From assembly GCA_963796725.1 (NCBI GenBank), contig CAWCMT010000001.1:628437-692436 (forward strand): 64,000 nt of DNA. The letters are read 5' to 3'. Shown here in pieces: positions 8,932-18,217 of this stretch; position 1 is the first letter of the stretch; every line of letters starts with the position of its first letter. Position numbers and translations under genes: made by a program. The DNA comes from an uncultured Actinomycetes bacterium. GTDB lineage: Bacteria > Actinomycetota > UBA4738 > HRBIN12. The notes beneath the pieces were generated by a model. It saw nothing but the letters and a program-made list of their open reading frames with translations, did not search any database and had not been told where the DNA came from.

Positions 8932-10905
8932 GTGGCCTTCCTTCGGACCGCGGACGGCGGGTCGACGATGGCGTCACTGTGGGTCCTCGACGTGGACGAG
9001 GGCCGTGAGCGGGTGGTGTTCGACCCAGACGAGCTCGGAGGGGAGGACGCCATCAGCGATGAGGAACGCGATCGGCGCGAGCGCGCCGGCGAGCGCATGA
9101 CCGGGGTGGCCACATACGGCGCCGATCCCGGTGTACGCGTGGCCGCCTTCACGCTGGGGACCAGGCTGCTGGTGTCGGATCTGATCGAGGGCACGACGCG
9201 GGAGCTGACGGCGGCGGGCGCCCCGTTCGATCCACGACCGGATCCCACCGGTAGACGCGTCGCCTATGTGTCGCGCGGCGCCCTTCACGTGATCGAGCTG
9301 GCCGACGGTTCGGACCGCGAGCTGGCGGCCGATCCGGACCCGGACGTGCACTGGGCCGTAGCGGAGTTCGTCGCAGCCGAGGAGATGGGGCGGATGCGGG
9401 GGTACTGGTGGGCGCCGGACGGCGAACATCTCCTCGTGTGTCGCGTCGACGAACGCGCGGTCGCCGTCTGGCAGATCGCCGATCCGATCCATCCCGACGT
9501 GGGCTCCCGACCGGTCCGATACCCCCAGGCGGGCACGGTCAACGCCGACGTTACCCTCCACGTCCTGGGACTCGACGGGTCCGACGTCGAGGTGATGTGG
9601 GACCGGGCGGCGTTCGAGTACGTGGCGTCGGGGGCCTGGGATGCGCACGGCCCGATGACGCACGTGCAGTCGCGGGACCAGCGCTCGACGCGGGTCATGG
9701 CGATCGATCCGTCCGACGGCTCGACGTCGGTTCTCGCGGAGGATAGCGACCCGGTCTGGGTTGACCTCACGCCTGGCTCACCTGCGCGGCTCGACGACGG
9801 TCGGCTCGTGACCGTGGGCCGTCACCACGACACGAACACGCTGAAGATCGACGGGGAGCCGATGACGCCGGCCGGGCTCCAGGTGGCCTCTGTCGTCCAC
9901 GCAGGTGGAACCGTGATCTTCACCGGCACCCAGGAGCCCACCGAGATGCACGTGTGGCGACTGTCCGATGACGGCCCTCTCAGGCTCACGGGCGAGCCCG
10001 GATGGCACGCGGCCGTCGCCTCGGAAGGTGGGACTGTGCTCGTGACCGAGTCGACGGCCTCGGCGACCCCCGTCGCAACCTTCTCCGGCACCCCGTCACC
10101 GGAGCACGTCTTCGTATCCGATGCCGAGACGCCGGTCATCGAGTGCCTGCCACGGTTCTTGTCCTTGGGGCCGAAGGAACTGCGCACGGCGGTGCTGACC
10201 CCGGGGGGACGCGAGCCCGGCGCACCGCTGCCGGTGCTGTTGGACCCGTACGGCGGGCCGCACTTCGGTCGCGTGATGCGGACGCAGCGGGCGCTGCTGG
10301 AGTCCCAATGGCTGGCCGATCAGGGGTTCGTCGTGCTGGTGGCCGACGGACGCGGAACCCCCTATCGCGGGGCGGCGTGGGACCGTTCCGTGCATGGGGA
10401 CTACGTGGACCTCGCCCTCGAGGACCAGGTCGATGCCCTCCACGCAGCCGCCGAACGCTACGGCTTCTGTGACCTCTCCCGCGTCGCGATCCGAGGATGG
10501 TCCTATGGTGGCTATCTCACCCTTGCGGCGCTGTTACGCCGGCCCGACGTGTTCCACGCGGGCGTGTCGGGCGCCCCGGTGACCGACATGCGCTACTACG
10601 ACACCCACTACACCGAGCGGTACCTCGGCTCGCCCGAGACCCAGCCCGAGGGCTACGCGAAGGCCGACCTCATCCCCGACGCGGCGAACCTCCGGGGCGA
10701 GTTGCTGATCTTCCAAGGGCTCGCCGACGACAACGTCTACGCGGTCCACGCCCTGCGCATGTCGAAAGCGCTGATGGAGGCCGGTCGCGCGCACTCGATG
10801 ATCCCGCTGAGCGGCCTCACGCATCGCCCCCGCGACCCCGTTGCCGCCGAGCGGATGCTCATCCTCGAGGTCGAGTTCCTGCATCGGGCTCTGGCGCGCT
10901 CGTAG
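8932..10905 (+). CDS. S9 family serine peptidase (DPP-IV N-terminal beta-propeller plus prolyl oligopeptidase domain)
   Basis: 657-aa ORF with nucleophile motif IRGWSYGGY. The conserved N-terminus MTESYPHQSARTRGFNLGLPRSFSVAEDGAA starts at ATG 8838 in another frame and joins VAFLRTADGG at about 8930. The native gene is therefore probably 8838..10905 with one frame break. Confidence 0.85.
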   Translation: MAFLRTADGGSTMASLWVLDVDEGRERVVFDPDELGGEDAISDEERDRRERAGERMTGVATYGADPGVRVAAFTLGTRLLVSDLIEGTTRELTAAGAPFDPRPDPTGRRVAYVSRGALHVIELADGSDRELAADPDPDVHWAVAEFVAAEEMGRMRGYWWAPDGEHLLVCRVDERAVAVWQIADPIHPDVGSRPVRYPQAGTVNADVTLHVLGLDGSDVEVMWDRAAFEYVASGAWDAHGPMTHVQSRDQRSTRVMAIDPSDGSTSVLAEDSDPVWVDLTPGSPARLDDGRLVTVGRHHDTNTLKIDGEPMTPAGLQVASVVHAGGTVIFTGTQEPTEMHVWRLSDDGPLRLTGEPGWHAAVASEGGTVLVTESTASATPVATFSGTPSPEHVFVSDAETPVIECLPRFLSLGPKELRTAVLTPGGREPGAPLPVLLDPYGGPHFGRVMRTQRALLESQWLADQGFVVLVADGRGTPYRGAAWDRSVHGDYVDLALEDQVDALHAAAERYGFCDLSRVAIRGWSYGGYLTLAALLRRPDVFHAGVSGAPVTDMRYYDTHYTERYLGSPETQPEGYAKADLIPDAANLRGELLIFQGLADDNVYAVHALRMSKALMEAGRAHSMIPLSGLTHRPRDPVAAERMLILEVEFLHRALARS

Positions 10906-10981
10906 GGAGCTGGTTCCGCCGCCCGAGCCGCGACCGCGGCTAGACTCGGTCGCGTTCCCTCGCAGGACCCCAGGAGCGGGC

Positions 10982-12214
10982 ATGCCCACGATCGTCCAGA
11001 AGTACGGCGGCACCTCGGTCGGATCCGTGGACCGGATCCAGGCCGTGGCCGACCGCGTGGTGCGTGCGCGCGAAGCGGGCAACGACGTGGTGGTGGTCGT
11101 ATCGGCGATGGGCGAAACGACGGACGAACTCATGGAGATGGCGCACACCATCGCACCGATCCCCGAGCCGCGCGAGCTCGACATGCTGCTCACGGCCGGC
11201 GAGCGGATCGCGATGGGTCTGCTGGGCATCGCCATCAACGCCCGCGGCTGCCGGGCCGCCAGTTACACGGGCTCGCAGGCCGGGATCATGACCGACACGC
11301 AGCACGGGGCCGCCAAGATCTTGGAGATCCGGCCGAAGCGGATCATCGAAGCCCTCGAGGGGGGTAACGTCGTCATCATCGCGGGGTTCCAGGGGCTGTC
11401 GACCTCGTCGTACGAGATCACGACGCTGGGTCGAGGCGGGTCGGACACCACGGCGGTGGCCATGGCTGCCGCGCTGGGCGCCGACGTCTGCGAGATCTAC
11501 ACGGACGTGCCCGGCGTGTTCACCACCGATCCACGCCTCCACGTCCACGCTCGCAAGATCGAGCGCATCTCGTACGAGGAGATGCTGGAACTGGCCGCGG
11601 CCGGGGCGAGGGTGCTGAACGCGAGGTCCGTCGAGTTCGCTCGCCGTCACGGCGTTCGGCTCCACGTACGGTCCTCGTTCGACGATGCGCCCGGCACATG
11701 GGTGCAGGAGGAGGAACCGATGGAAGGCGTCCTGATCTCGGGTGTCGCGCTGGACACGGACGAGGCGAAGGTGACGCTGGGGCACGTCCCCGACCGCCCC
11801 GGAGTCGCCGCCTCAGTCTTCAAGGCGATCGCCGACGACGGCATCAGCATCGACATGATCGTGCAGAACGTGTCGCGCGAGGGCGCGACGGACCTGTCGT
11901 TCACGGCACCCCTGGCCGATGTGTCGCGCGTCGAGCAGGTGATGGAGCGCGTGGTGAAGGAGGTCGGGGCCGACGGCTTCACCCTGGACGACGGCATCGC
12001 GAAGCTCTCCATGGTCGGGGCCGGGATGAAGAGCCATCCGGGGGTCGCGGCGGACATGTTCGATGCCCTGGCAACCGCCGGCATCAACATCGAGATGATC
12101 TCGACGTCGCCGATCCGCATCTCCTGCGTGATCCGGAAGGCCGACGGCGAGCGCGCTGTGGGCGTCGTGCACGAGCGGTTCGGGTTGGATGCCGAGGGCA
12201 CCCTGGCGGAATAG
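10982..12214 (+). CDS. ask: aspartate kinase
   Basis: Within ORF 10841..12214. ATG 10982 (AGGAGCGGG upstream) gives MPTIVQKYGGTSVGS... with C-terminal ACT domains. An internal in-frame RBS plus ATG sits at 11720. Confidence 0.95.
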   Translation: MPTIVQKYGGTSVGSVDRIQAVADRVVRAREAGNDVVVVVSAMGETTDELMEMAHTIAPIPEPRELDMLLTAGERIAMGLLGIAINARGCRAASYTGSQAGIMTDTQHGAAKILEIRPKRIIEALEGGNVVIIAGFQGLSTSSYEITTLGRGGSDTTAVAMAAALGADVCEIYTDVPGVFTTDPRLHVHARKIERISYEEMLELAAAGARVLNARSVEFARRHGVRLHVRSSFDDAPGTWVQEEEPMEGVLISGVALDTDEAKVTLGHVPDRPGVAASVFKAIADDGISIDMIVQNVSREGATDLSFTAPLADVSRVEQVMERVVKEVGADGFTLDDGIAKLSMVGAGMKSHPGVAADMFDALATAGINIEMISTSPIRISCVIRKADGERAVGVVHERFGLDAEGTLAE

Positions 12215-12261
12215 GGTGTGGGTTCTGGTCGTCCCGGGGCCGCTGGTAGGGTGATTGCACC

Positions 12262-13287
12262 ATGAAGGTCGCGGTCGTCGGAGCCACCGGAGCCGTCGGC
12301 CGGGAGATGGCCCGCACGCTGCAGGAGCGGAACTTCCCCGTCGACGTGTTCGTCCCGCTCGCGTCGGCGCGAAGCGCCGGGTCCACGGTGCCGTTCCGGG
12401 GTGAGGATCACGTCGTGCGCGAGCTGTCGCTGGCCGCGCTCGAAGGTGTCGACGTCGCGTTGGTGAGCGCGGGTGCCACCACGTCGCGGTCCTTCATGCG
12501 GGAGGCGGCGGCGATGGGCGTCACGTGTATCGACAACTCCAGCGCGTTCAGGATGGATCCCGATGTTCCGCTCTCGATCCCCGAGGTGAACCCCGAGGCG
12601 CTGGATGGTTCACCCAAGATGATCGCCGTCCCGAACTGCACCACGATCACCGCCGTCCTGCCCATCGCACCCTTGCACCGCGCGGCCGGCCTCTCCGCCT
12701 TGAACCTCTCCTCCTACCAGTCGGTCAGCGGGGCCGGACAGCACGGCGTCCGCGAACTGATGGAACAGGTGGAGAAGCTCCGGGGCGACGAGGCCTCGCT
12801 CGCCCGGCCCGTCCCTGGCTCGCTTCCTACCGGCCCGACGTTCGGCAAGACCATCGCCTACAACGTGGTCGCGAAGATCGGCGAGTTCGAGGCCGATGGG
12901 TTCACGGGCGAGGAGACCAAGATGATGGCGGAGCCCCGCAAGATCCTGGGGCTGCCCGACCTTCCGGTGGTGGCCACCTGCGTGCGTGTCCCCGTGATCG
13001 TGGGCCACGGCGTCTCCATCATGGCGGAGTTCGCCCGGCCCATCGATGTTGCCGAGGCGCGCGAGCTGATCGCGGCGGCGCCCGGCGTCGAGCTCTGGGA
13101 TGATCCGGCCGGCGACGTCTACCCGAGCCCGATCGACGCCGCGGGCGGCACGGGCGCGATCGTGGGCCGCATCCGCCAGGTGCCCGGCCGCGACGACGCC
13201 CTCCTCCTGTTCAGTTGCGCGGACAACCTCCGCAAGGGCGCGGCGCTCAACGCCGTCCAGATCGCGGAATACCTGTTCGCCCGGTAG
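12262..13287 (+). CDS. asd: aspartate-semialdehyde dehydrogenase
   Basis: Intact 341-aa ORF. MKVAVVGATGAVG, active-site VPNCTTI. Immediately downstream of ask, as in other actinobacteria. Confidence 0.95.
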   Translation: MKVAVVGATGAVGREMARTLQERNFPVDVFVPLASARSAGSTVPFRGEDHVVRELSLAALEGVDVALVSAGATTSRSFMREAAAMGVTCIDNSSAFRMDPDVPLSIPEVNPEALDGSPKMIAVPNCTTITAVLPIAPLHRAAGLSALNLSSYQSVSGAGQHGVRELMEQVEKLRGDEASLARPVPGSLPTGPTFGKTIAYNVVAKIGEFEADGFTGEETKMMAEPRKILGLPDLPVVATCVRVPVIVGHGVSIMAEFARPIDVAEARELIAAAPGVELWDDPAGDVYPSPIDAAGGTGAIVGRIRQVPGRDDALLLFSCADNLRKGAALNAVQIAEYLFAR

Positions 13288-13333
13288 TGAACGTTCCGGC
13301 ACAACGGCCGCGCGAGCGGGATAGGGTTCAAGC

Positions 13334-13714
13334 ATGGACTTCCGACACGTGATGGACCAGGCCGTGAGGGCCTTCGAGTCGGTCGGCGTGTTGATCCTGA
13401 TCGTTGGCAGCGTCCTCGCCCTGATCCGCTATGTGGTCGAGCTCGCACGACGCACGCCCACCATCCAGGCGTTCCAGGATCTCCGTGCGAACCTCGGCCG
13501 CGGGATCCTGCTGGGCCTTGAGATCCTCGTCGTGGCGGACATCATCCGCACGATCGTGGTGTCCCCGACGCTCGAGAGCGCGGCGACCCTGGGGCTCATC
13601 GTCCTGGTGCGTATCCTGCTGAGCTTCGCGATCGACATGGAGGTCGACGGCGTAGCGCCGTGGCGGAAGCTGGAAGTGAGGGAACGCCGCGACCCCGCCG
13701 ACCCACCTGCCTGA
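13334..13714 (+). CDS. DUF1622-like small integral membrane protein
   Basis: Intact 126-aa ORF with hydrophobic helices (GVLILIVGSVLALI, ILLGLEILVVADIIRTIVV, LGLIVLVRILLSFAI). Confidence 0.55.
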   Translation: MDFRHVMDQAVRAFESVGVLILIVGSVLALIRYVVELARRTPTIQAFQDLRANLGRGILLGLEILVVADIIRTIVVSPTLESAATLGLIVLVRILLSFAIDMEVDGVAPWRKLEVRERRDPADPPA

Positions 13715-13722
13715 TCCAGCCG

Positions 13723-14187
13723 TCAGGACTCGATCCGCAGGTCCAGTCGCAGCAGCAGTTCGTCGTCGAAGACCACCTCACCGGTCTGCTCGAAGCCGTA
13801 GCGCTCGTAGAAGGTGAGGGGGCTGCCGGGCCCCCGGCCGACGCTCGTCCACATCTCCATCACGCCGGGTCTCCCACGGAAGTAGGCCGTGATGAGATCG
13901 AGCGTTGCCGTCCCGTAACCGCGGCGCTGGTAGCGCCGGTCGATCAGCAGCCGCCATAGGTACTGCGGGATGTAGCCCGAACCGCCGACGTCGTCGCTGA
14001 TCATCACGAATCCGACCGGCATGTCTGCCTCGTAGACGCCCCAGTACTTCGCGCGCCCGTCCGGTTCCTCGACCGCGTCCCTGAGCGACTCCGAAACGCT
14101 GGCCACGAACTCCTCCTGCTGGGGCGTCACACTCAAGACCTCGAGCTCGGCACGGTTGCCGTCGTCGACCGCACGCAGCCTCACCAT
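13723..14187 (-). CDS. GNAT N-acetyltransferase (diamine/SpeG-like size)
   Basis: C-terminal 154 aa of ORF 13723..14574, from ATG 14187 (MVRLRAVDDGNRAEL...). Acetyl-CoA motif RRYQRRGYGTATL. Confidence 0.75.
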   Translation of the reverse strand: MVRLRAVDDGNRAELEVLSVTPQQEEFVASVSESLRDAVEEPDGRAKYWGVYEADMPVGFVMISDDVGGSGYIPQYLWRLLIDRRYQRRGYGTATLDLITAYFRGRPGVMEMWTSVGRGPGSPLTFYERYGFEQTGEVVFDDELLLRLDLRIES

Positions 14188-14241
14188 GGGCGACGATGTT
14201 ATCCGCAGTCCGCATCGACCCGCGCGCACCGCTACCATCGC

Positions 14242-14928
14242 GTGATGAGCTGGGACGAAGCATTCTCGCGTGAGTATGACGCGTGGTCGGCGCACATGAC
14301 CGAGGACATCCCTTTCTATGTGAACCTTGCCCGTGGGGCTGATGGACCGATCGTCGAGCTCGCGATCGGCAATGGCAGAGTGGCCGTGCCGGTGGCTCAG
14401 GCGACCGGGAGAACGGTGATCGGCATCGATTCGTCGCCTGCGATGCTCGATCGGGCGCGTCAGGCGGCTGCGGCGGCACATGTGAACCTCGATCTGCGCG
14501 AGAGCGACATGCGAGACCTGACGCTGGAGGAGCCGGCGGGGCTTATCTACTGTCCATTCCGCGCTCTCCTGCACTTACCAACCTGGGCGGATCGACGTCG
14601 CACCTTCGAACGGGTGGCAGGGTCACTCCGTCCCGGAGGGCGATTCGCGTGGAACGTGTTCGCCTTCGATCACCACGTCGCGGCGCGGCTCGATGGAGAG
14701 CGGCAGCTCGACCCGGTGCCCCACACGGTCCACTACTCGGTCGCCGACAACAGGATCGATCTCATGCTCGACGACGGCGCCACGAGTTCGTTGTGGTGGG
14801 CTACCAAGAACGAATGGTTGGGCCTCCTCGACGTGGCCGGGCTCGAGCTCGAGGCCCTTCATGGAGGATTCGTCGGCGAGTCGCTCGAGGATGAGAGCGG
14901 CGAATACGTCTTCATCGCCAGGCGGTAG
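14242..14928 (+). CDS. class I SAM-dependent methyltransferase
   Basis: Intact 228-aa ORF. Motif I VELAIGNGRVAVPVA, motif post-I IGIDSSPAML. Confidence 0.8.
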   Translation: MMSWDEAFSREYDAWSAHMTEDIPFYVNLARGADGPIVELAIGNGRVAVPVAQATGRTVIGIDSSPAMLDRARQAAAAAHVNLDLRESDMRDLTLEEPAGLIYCPFRALLHLPTWADRRRTFERVAGSLRPGGRFAWNVFAFDHHVAARLDGERQLDPVPHTVHYSVADNRIDLMLDDGATSSLWWATKNEWLGLLDVAGLELEALHGGFVGESLEDESGEYVFIARR

Positions 14929-15031
14929 CGACCACCAGACGGGCGACGCGTATCCGTGTTCCCGGGAGCGCGGCGAGTGCTGTTGGGCCTCGCCGGCCTG
15001 GTGGTCGAGCGACTCAGGATAGGGTTGGAGG

Positions 15032-15763
15032 ATGAAGGACTATGAGCCGGGGATGAGCTTCGACGGGGCCGCGGCGGCGATCTACGACGACGAGCTTCGG
15101 GGCGATGAGGACGCGGCGGTCGCGTTCCTGGAGGCGCTGGCCGGCGACGGTCCCGCGCTGGAGCTCGCGATCGGCACCGGCCGGATCGCGCTCCCGCTCG
15201 CCGCGCGCGGCGTCCGCGTCGACGGCATCGACATCTCGAAGGCGATGGTCGCGAAGCTCCGCGACAAGCCGGGGGGCGACAGGCTCGTTGTCACCATCGG
15301 GGACTTCGCCGACGTCCCGGTCGCGGACAGCTACCGCCTGGTCTACGTGGTCTTCAACAGCCTGTTCAATCTCCTGACCCAGGACGATCAGGTGCGCTGC
15401 TTCGAGAACGTGGCCGCGCATCTCACGGACGAGGGCTCGTTCGTCGTAGAGACCTTCGTACCGACGTTCCTCATGCGTCTGCGCGATGACCAGTACGTCG
15501 ACGCGGAATCCGTCGAGGTGGGTGAGGTGTGGCTGGACGTCGGTCGGCACGATCCGATAGGGCAGCGGCTCGACGAGACGCACGTGGTGCTCGGCGCCGA
15601 AGGCGTGAGGCTGTTCCCGATCGTGTGTAGGTACGCCTGGCCCAGCGAGCTCGATCTCATGGCGCGGATCGCTGGGCTGCGCCTCAAGGGCCGTTGGGGC
15701 GGGTGGAACGGTGAGCCGTTCACGCGCGATAGCCGCACGCATGTGTCCGCGTACGGCCGATGA
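15032..15763 (+). CDS. class I SAM-dependent methyltransferase (paralogue of the preceding gene)
   Basis: Intact 243-aa ORF. LELAIGTGRIALPLA, DGIDISKAMV. Same layout as 14242..14928. Confidence 0.8.
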   Translation: MKDYEPGMSFDGAAAAIYDDELRGDEDAAVAFLEALAGDGPALELAIGTGRIALPLAARGVRVDGIDISKAMVAKLRDKPGGDRLVVTIGDFADVPVADSYRLVYVVFNSLFNLLTQDDQVRCFENVAAHLTDEGSFVVETFVPTFLMRLRDDQYVDAESVEVGEVWLDVGRHDPIGQRLDETHVVLGAEGVRLFPIVCRYAWPSELDLMARIAGLRLKGRWGGWNGEPFTRDSRTHVSAYGR

Positions 15764-15773
15764 GGAGGGCGGC

Positions 15774-16145
15774 ATGAAGGATGGGACCGGCGTCGATGCG
15801 TACCTGGCCGAACTCCCCAAGGGGTCGCGCGCCGCGATGGAGCAGCTACGGGCCACGATCAAGGCGGTTGCGCCGGAGGCGACCGAGACGATCAGCTATC
15901 GGATGCCGGCCTTCAAGGATCGCGGGCGGATCCTCGTGTACTACGCCGCGTTCAAGGATCATTACAGCGTGTACCCAGCGAGTGACTTCGTGGTAGAGGC
16001 GTTGGGCGCCGATCTCGACCCTTACCTCTCGGGCAAGGGCACGATCCGCTTCGACTACGGCCAGCCGTTCCCGAAGACGCTCGTGAGGAAGATCGTGAAG
16101 GCCCGCTTGGCGGAGAACGAGGTCGCCCGTGCGAGGCGCCGATGA
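15774..16145 (+). CDS. DUF1801 (YdhG-like) domain protein
   Basis: ATG 15774 with GAGGAGGG upstream, inside ORF 15711..16145. ETISYRMPAFKDRGRILVYYAAFKDHYSVYP is typical of the family. Confidence 0.65.
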   Translation: MKDGTGVDAYLAELPKGSRAAMEQLRATIKAVAPEATETISYRMPAFKDRGRILVYYAAFKDHYSVYPASDFVVEALGADLDPYLSGKGTIRFDYGQPFPKTLVRKIVKARLAENEVARARRR

Positions 16146-16153
16146 CCCCCGGC

Positions 16154-16648
16154 TTAGGTGTCGTCCACGGGTTGGCCACCGGGCGTGACGTCGTCGGTGA
16201 GAGGCTTCACGAACCAGGTGCCGTAGTCGCTCCAACCTCGGTGCCGGTAGAAGGCGATCGTGTCCTCCCGCCATCCGGCCGTCACCAGGGTCATCCGGAA
16301 GCATCCCCGCTTGCGGGCGAGCGTCTCGGCCGAGACCAGCAGCTTGGCGCCCACGCCCAGCCCGCGTGCCGTCGCGGTCACCACGATGTCGTGCACCCGC
16401 GCCTGCGGACGGTGATCGCCGAGGCGCTGGTGATATTCCATGTCGGCGACACCGATCACGGCTCCATCATGCTCCGCAACGAGTGTCACCGAGTCGAGGC
16501 GGCGAAGGTGTCCCGCGAACTGCATCCGATGGGTCGGATCCTCCGCGGTACCCTCGGCCACCCCTCGCCCCAGCTCCACCAGGAGGCCCGCCACCGCGGC
16601 CCAGTCTTCGGCGCGAGCGAAGCGAACGGTGACCTCGTCGGCGTCCAT
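16154..16648 (-). CDS. GNAT N-acetyltransferase
   Basis: C-terminal 164 aa of ORF 16154..17149, from ATG 16648 (MDADEVTVRFARAEDW...). Motif ARGLGVGAKLL. The start overlaps the upstream gene's stop (ATGA). Confidence 0.8.
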   Translation of the reverse strand: MDADEVTVRFARAEDWAAVAGLLVELGRGVAEGTAEDPTHRMQFAGHLRRLDSVTLVAEHDGAVIGVADMEYHQRLGDHRPQARVHDIVVTATARGLGVGAKLLVSAETLARKRGCFRMTLVTAGWREDTIAFYRHRGWSDYGTWFVKPLTDDVTPGGQPVDDT

Positions 16649-17844
16649 CAGAAGAAGAAGGGCGACCAAGGGTCGGGGCCGTCGAGGATCCGCCCGAGGG
16701 CATCGACGGCGGGGTCGGCATGATCGAGGTGGCCGAGGCGTGCAGCGTCGCGCGGCCGCAGGAACCCGGTGAACATCGCCGACAGCACTCCGATGGACAG
16801 TGCCCCGTCGCCGGCGTCTCCGATCCGTTCGATGACAGGCACGCCCCCCGTTAGCGTCAGCCGCCATGTCCCTGCGTTCTCGTCGTAGCGTGGGTCGGCC
16901 ACTCGGAACTCGGCCGACGCGTCGATCGCGGGATAGCCGCGGCCCATGAAGGCCGACTCCACATGCAGGATCCGCAACATCCATCGATACCGCCAGACCT
17001 CCTCCAGGTCGTGGTCGGCCAGCAGGAACATGGTCGGGTCGTTCGGGCTGCCGGCCCACCGAAGCCAGCGGCCCACGCCGCGGTAGCCGCGGAAGTAGGC
17101 GAGCAGCGCTCGCCGCGCCCGGTCCGTCAAGGCGACGAGGGATCGGCACGACAGTCCGAAGTCGACGCTGAGGTGCCCGGGTGCTGCCTCGCGCGTGAAG
17201 GCGGCGAACCCTTCGATACCTTCCCCCCCTCGCACGACCACAGCGCGGTAGGTCTCGTCCTGCGCGGGGTTGAGGACCCGCTTACGCCACCACGCCTCCC
17301 CGGTGGCCTCGACGCCTCCAGGGATCTCGCGAACCCATCTCTCGTAACACGTCATGACGCCCTGGAGGTCCCGCTCCAGATCGAGCGCCTCGACGACAGG
17401 CAGGTCCTCTCCCAGGTCGGAAGGGATCGCGTCGAGCGCAACCTGGTGCTGCACGTACGCGCCCGCCAACTCGTACCCGAGCGAGCGGTATGGCCGGACG
17501 ACCGCGGGGTAGAGCGAGGTCAAGGGGTCACCCCGGCGATGTGCGTCATCCATGACCGCCCCGACGGCCTGCGACATGACACCCCGGCCTCGGTACTCGG
17601 GGTCCGTGGTTACGCCGAAGACCCCCGAGGTGGCGAGCGGTTCGCCGCCGAGCCACGTCCGGAACCTGAACTCGGCAGCCGTCGCCACCATCCGGGCGTC
17701 GTCGAACGCGCAACGGAAGTCCTCGATGGGCCTGAGCGGATCGCCCTTGCGCGTCTGCTCCCTGGGGACGTTGAGCGACGTCGAGAGCGCTTCGCCGAGC
17801 TGGTCGCGCTCGTCCTCACGCGGTGCCCGGACGACGATGTCCAT
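16648..17844 (-). CDS. Eis-like three-domain GNAT acetyltransferase (GNAT-GNAT-SCP2)
   Basis: Intact ORF (track 16648..17862; MDIVVRAPRE start at 17844). PEYRGRGVMSQAV motif, about 400 aa, Eis-type length and C-terminal sterol-carrier-like region. Confidence 0.75.
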   Translation of the reverse strand: MDIVVRAPREDERDQLGEALSTSLNVPREQTRKGDPLRPIEDFRCAFDDARMVATAAEFRFRTWLGGEPLATSGVFGVTTDPEYRGRGVMSQAVGAVMDDAHRRGDPLTSLYPAVVRPYRSLGYELAGAYVQHQVALDAIPSDLGEDLPVVEALDLERDLQGVMTCYERWVREIPGGVEATGEAWWRKRVLNPAQDETYRAVVVRGGEGIEGFAAFTREAAPGHLSVDFGLSCRSLVALTDRARRALLAYFRGYRGVGRWLRWAGSPNDPTMFLLADHDLEEVWRYRWMLRILHVESAFMGRGYPAIDASAEFRVADPRYDENAGTWRLTLTGGVPVIERIGDAGDGALSIGVLSAMFTGFLRPRDAARLGHLDHADPAVDALGRILDGPDPWSPFFF

Positions 17845-18128
17845 CAGAACGCGCACCCGCACGGCGAGCTACCACACTTGGGACAGCCGTCGGTGTATCG
17901 CGCCATGACGGTCTCCAGGTCGACGCCTTCGAGGTTCGCGAGGGAGGCGAGCCACGCCAGCACGTCGGAGAACTCGAGCTCCAGGTTGGCGCGGTCGTCC
18001 TTGCGGAGGGCGCGAGCCAGCTCGCCCACCTCCTCGATCAGCCATCGGAACGTGGCGTCGGGACCTCGCGCGGCGTCGCGTGACCCGTACGTGGCTCGCA
18101 TCGCGGCCTGCAGCTCGGAGAGATCCAT
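17844..18128 (-). CDS. MazG-type nucleotide pyrophosphohydrolase domain protein
   Basis: ORF 17844..18191; likely start MDLSELQAAM at 18128. EEVGELARAL...EFSDVLAWL helices. Cys-rich tail CPKCGSSPCGC. The stop overlaps the Eis-like start. Confidence 0.75.
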   Translation of the reverse strand: MDLSELQAAMRATYGSRDAARGPDATFRWLIEEVGELARALRKDDRANLELEFSDVLAWLASLANLEGVDLETVMARYTDGCPKCGSSPCGCAF

Positions 18129-18217
18129 GAGGCGCACGAGTCTAGCTGCGGGGGCGGCCTGGCCGGGTGTTCCAGCCGACTTGTCTACCAACCGGTAGAG
18201 AAGGCATACTTCCCGCC

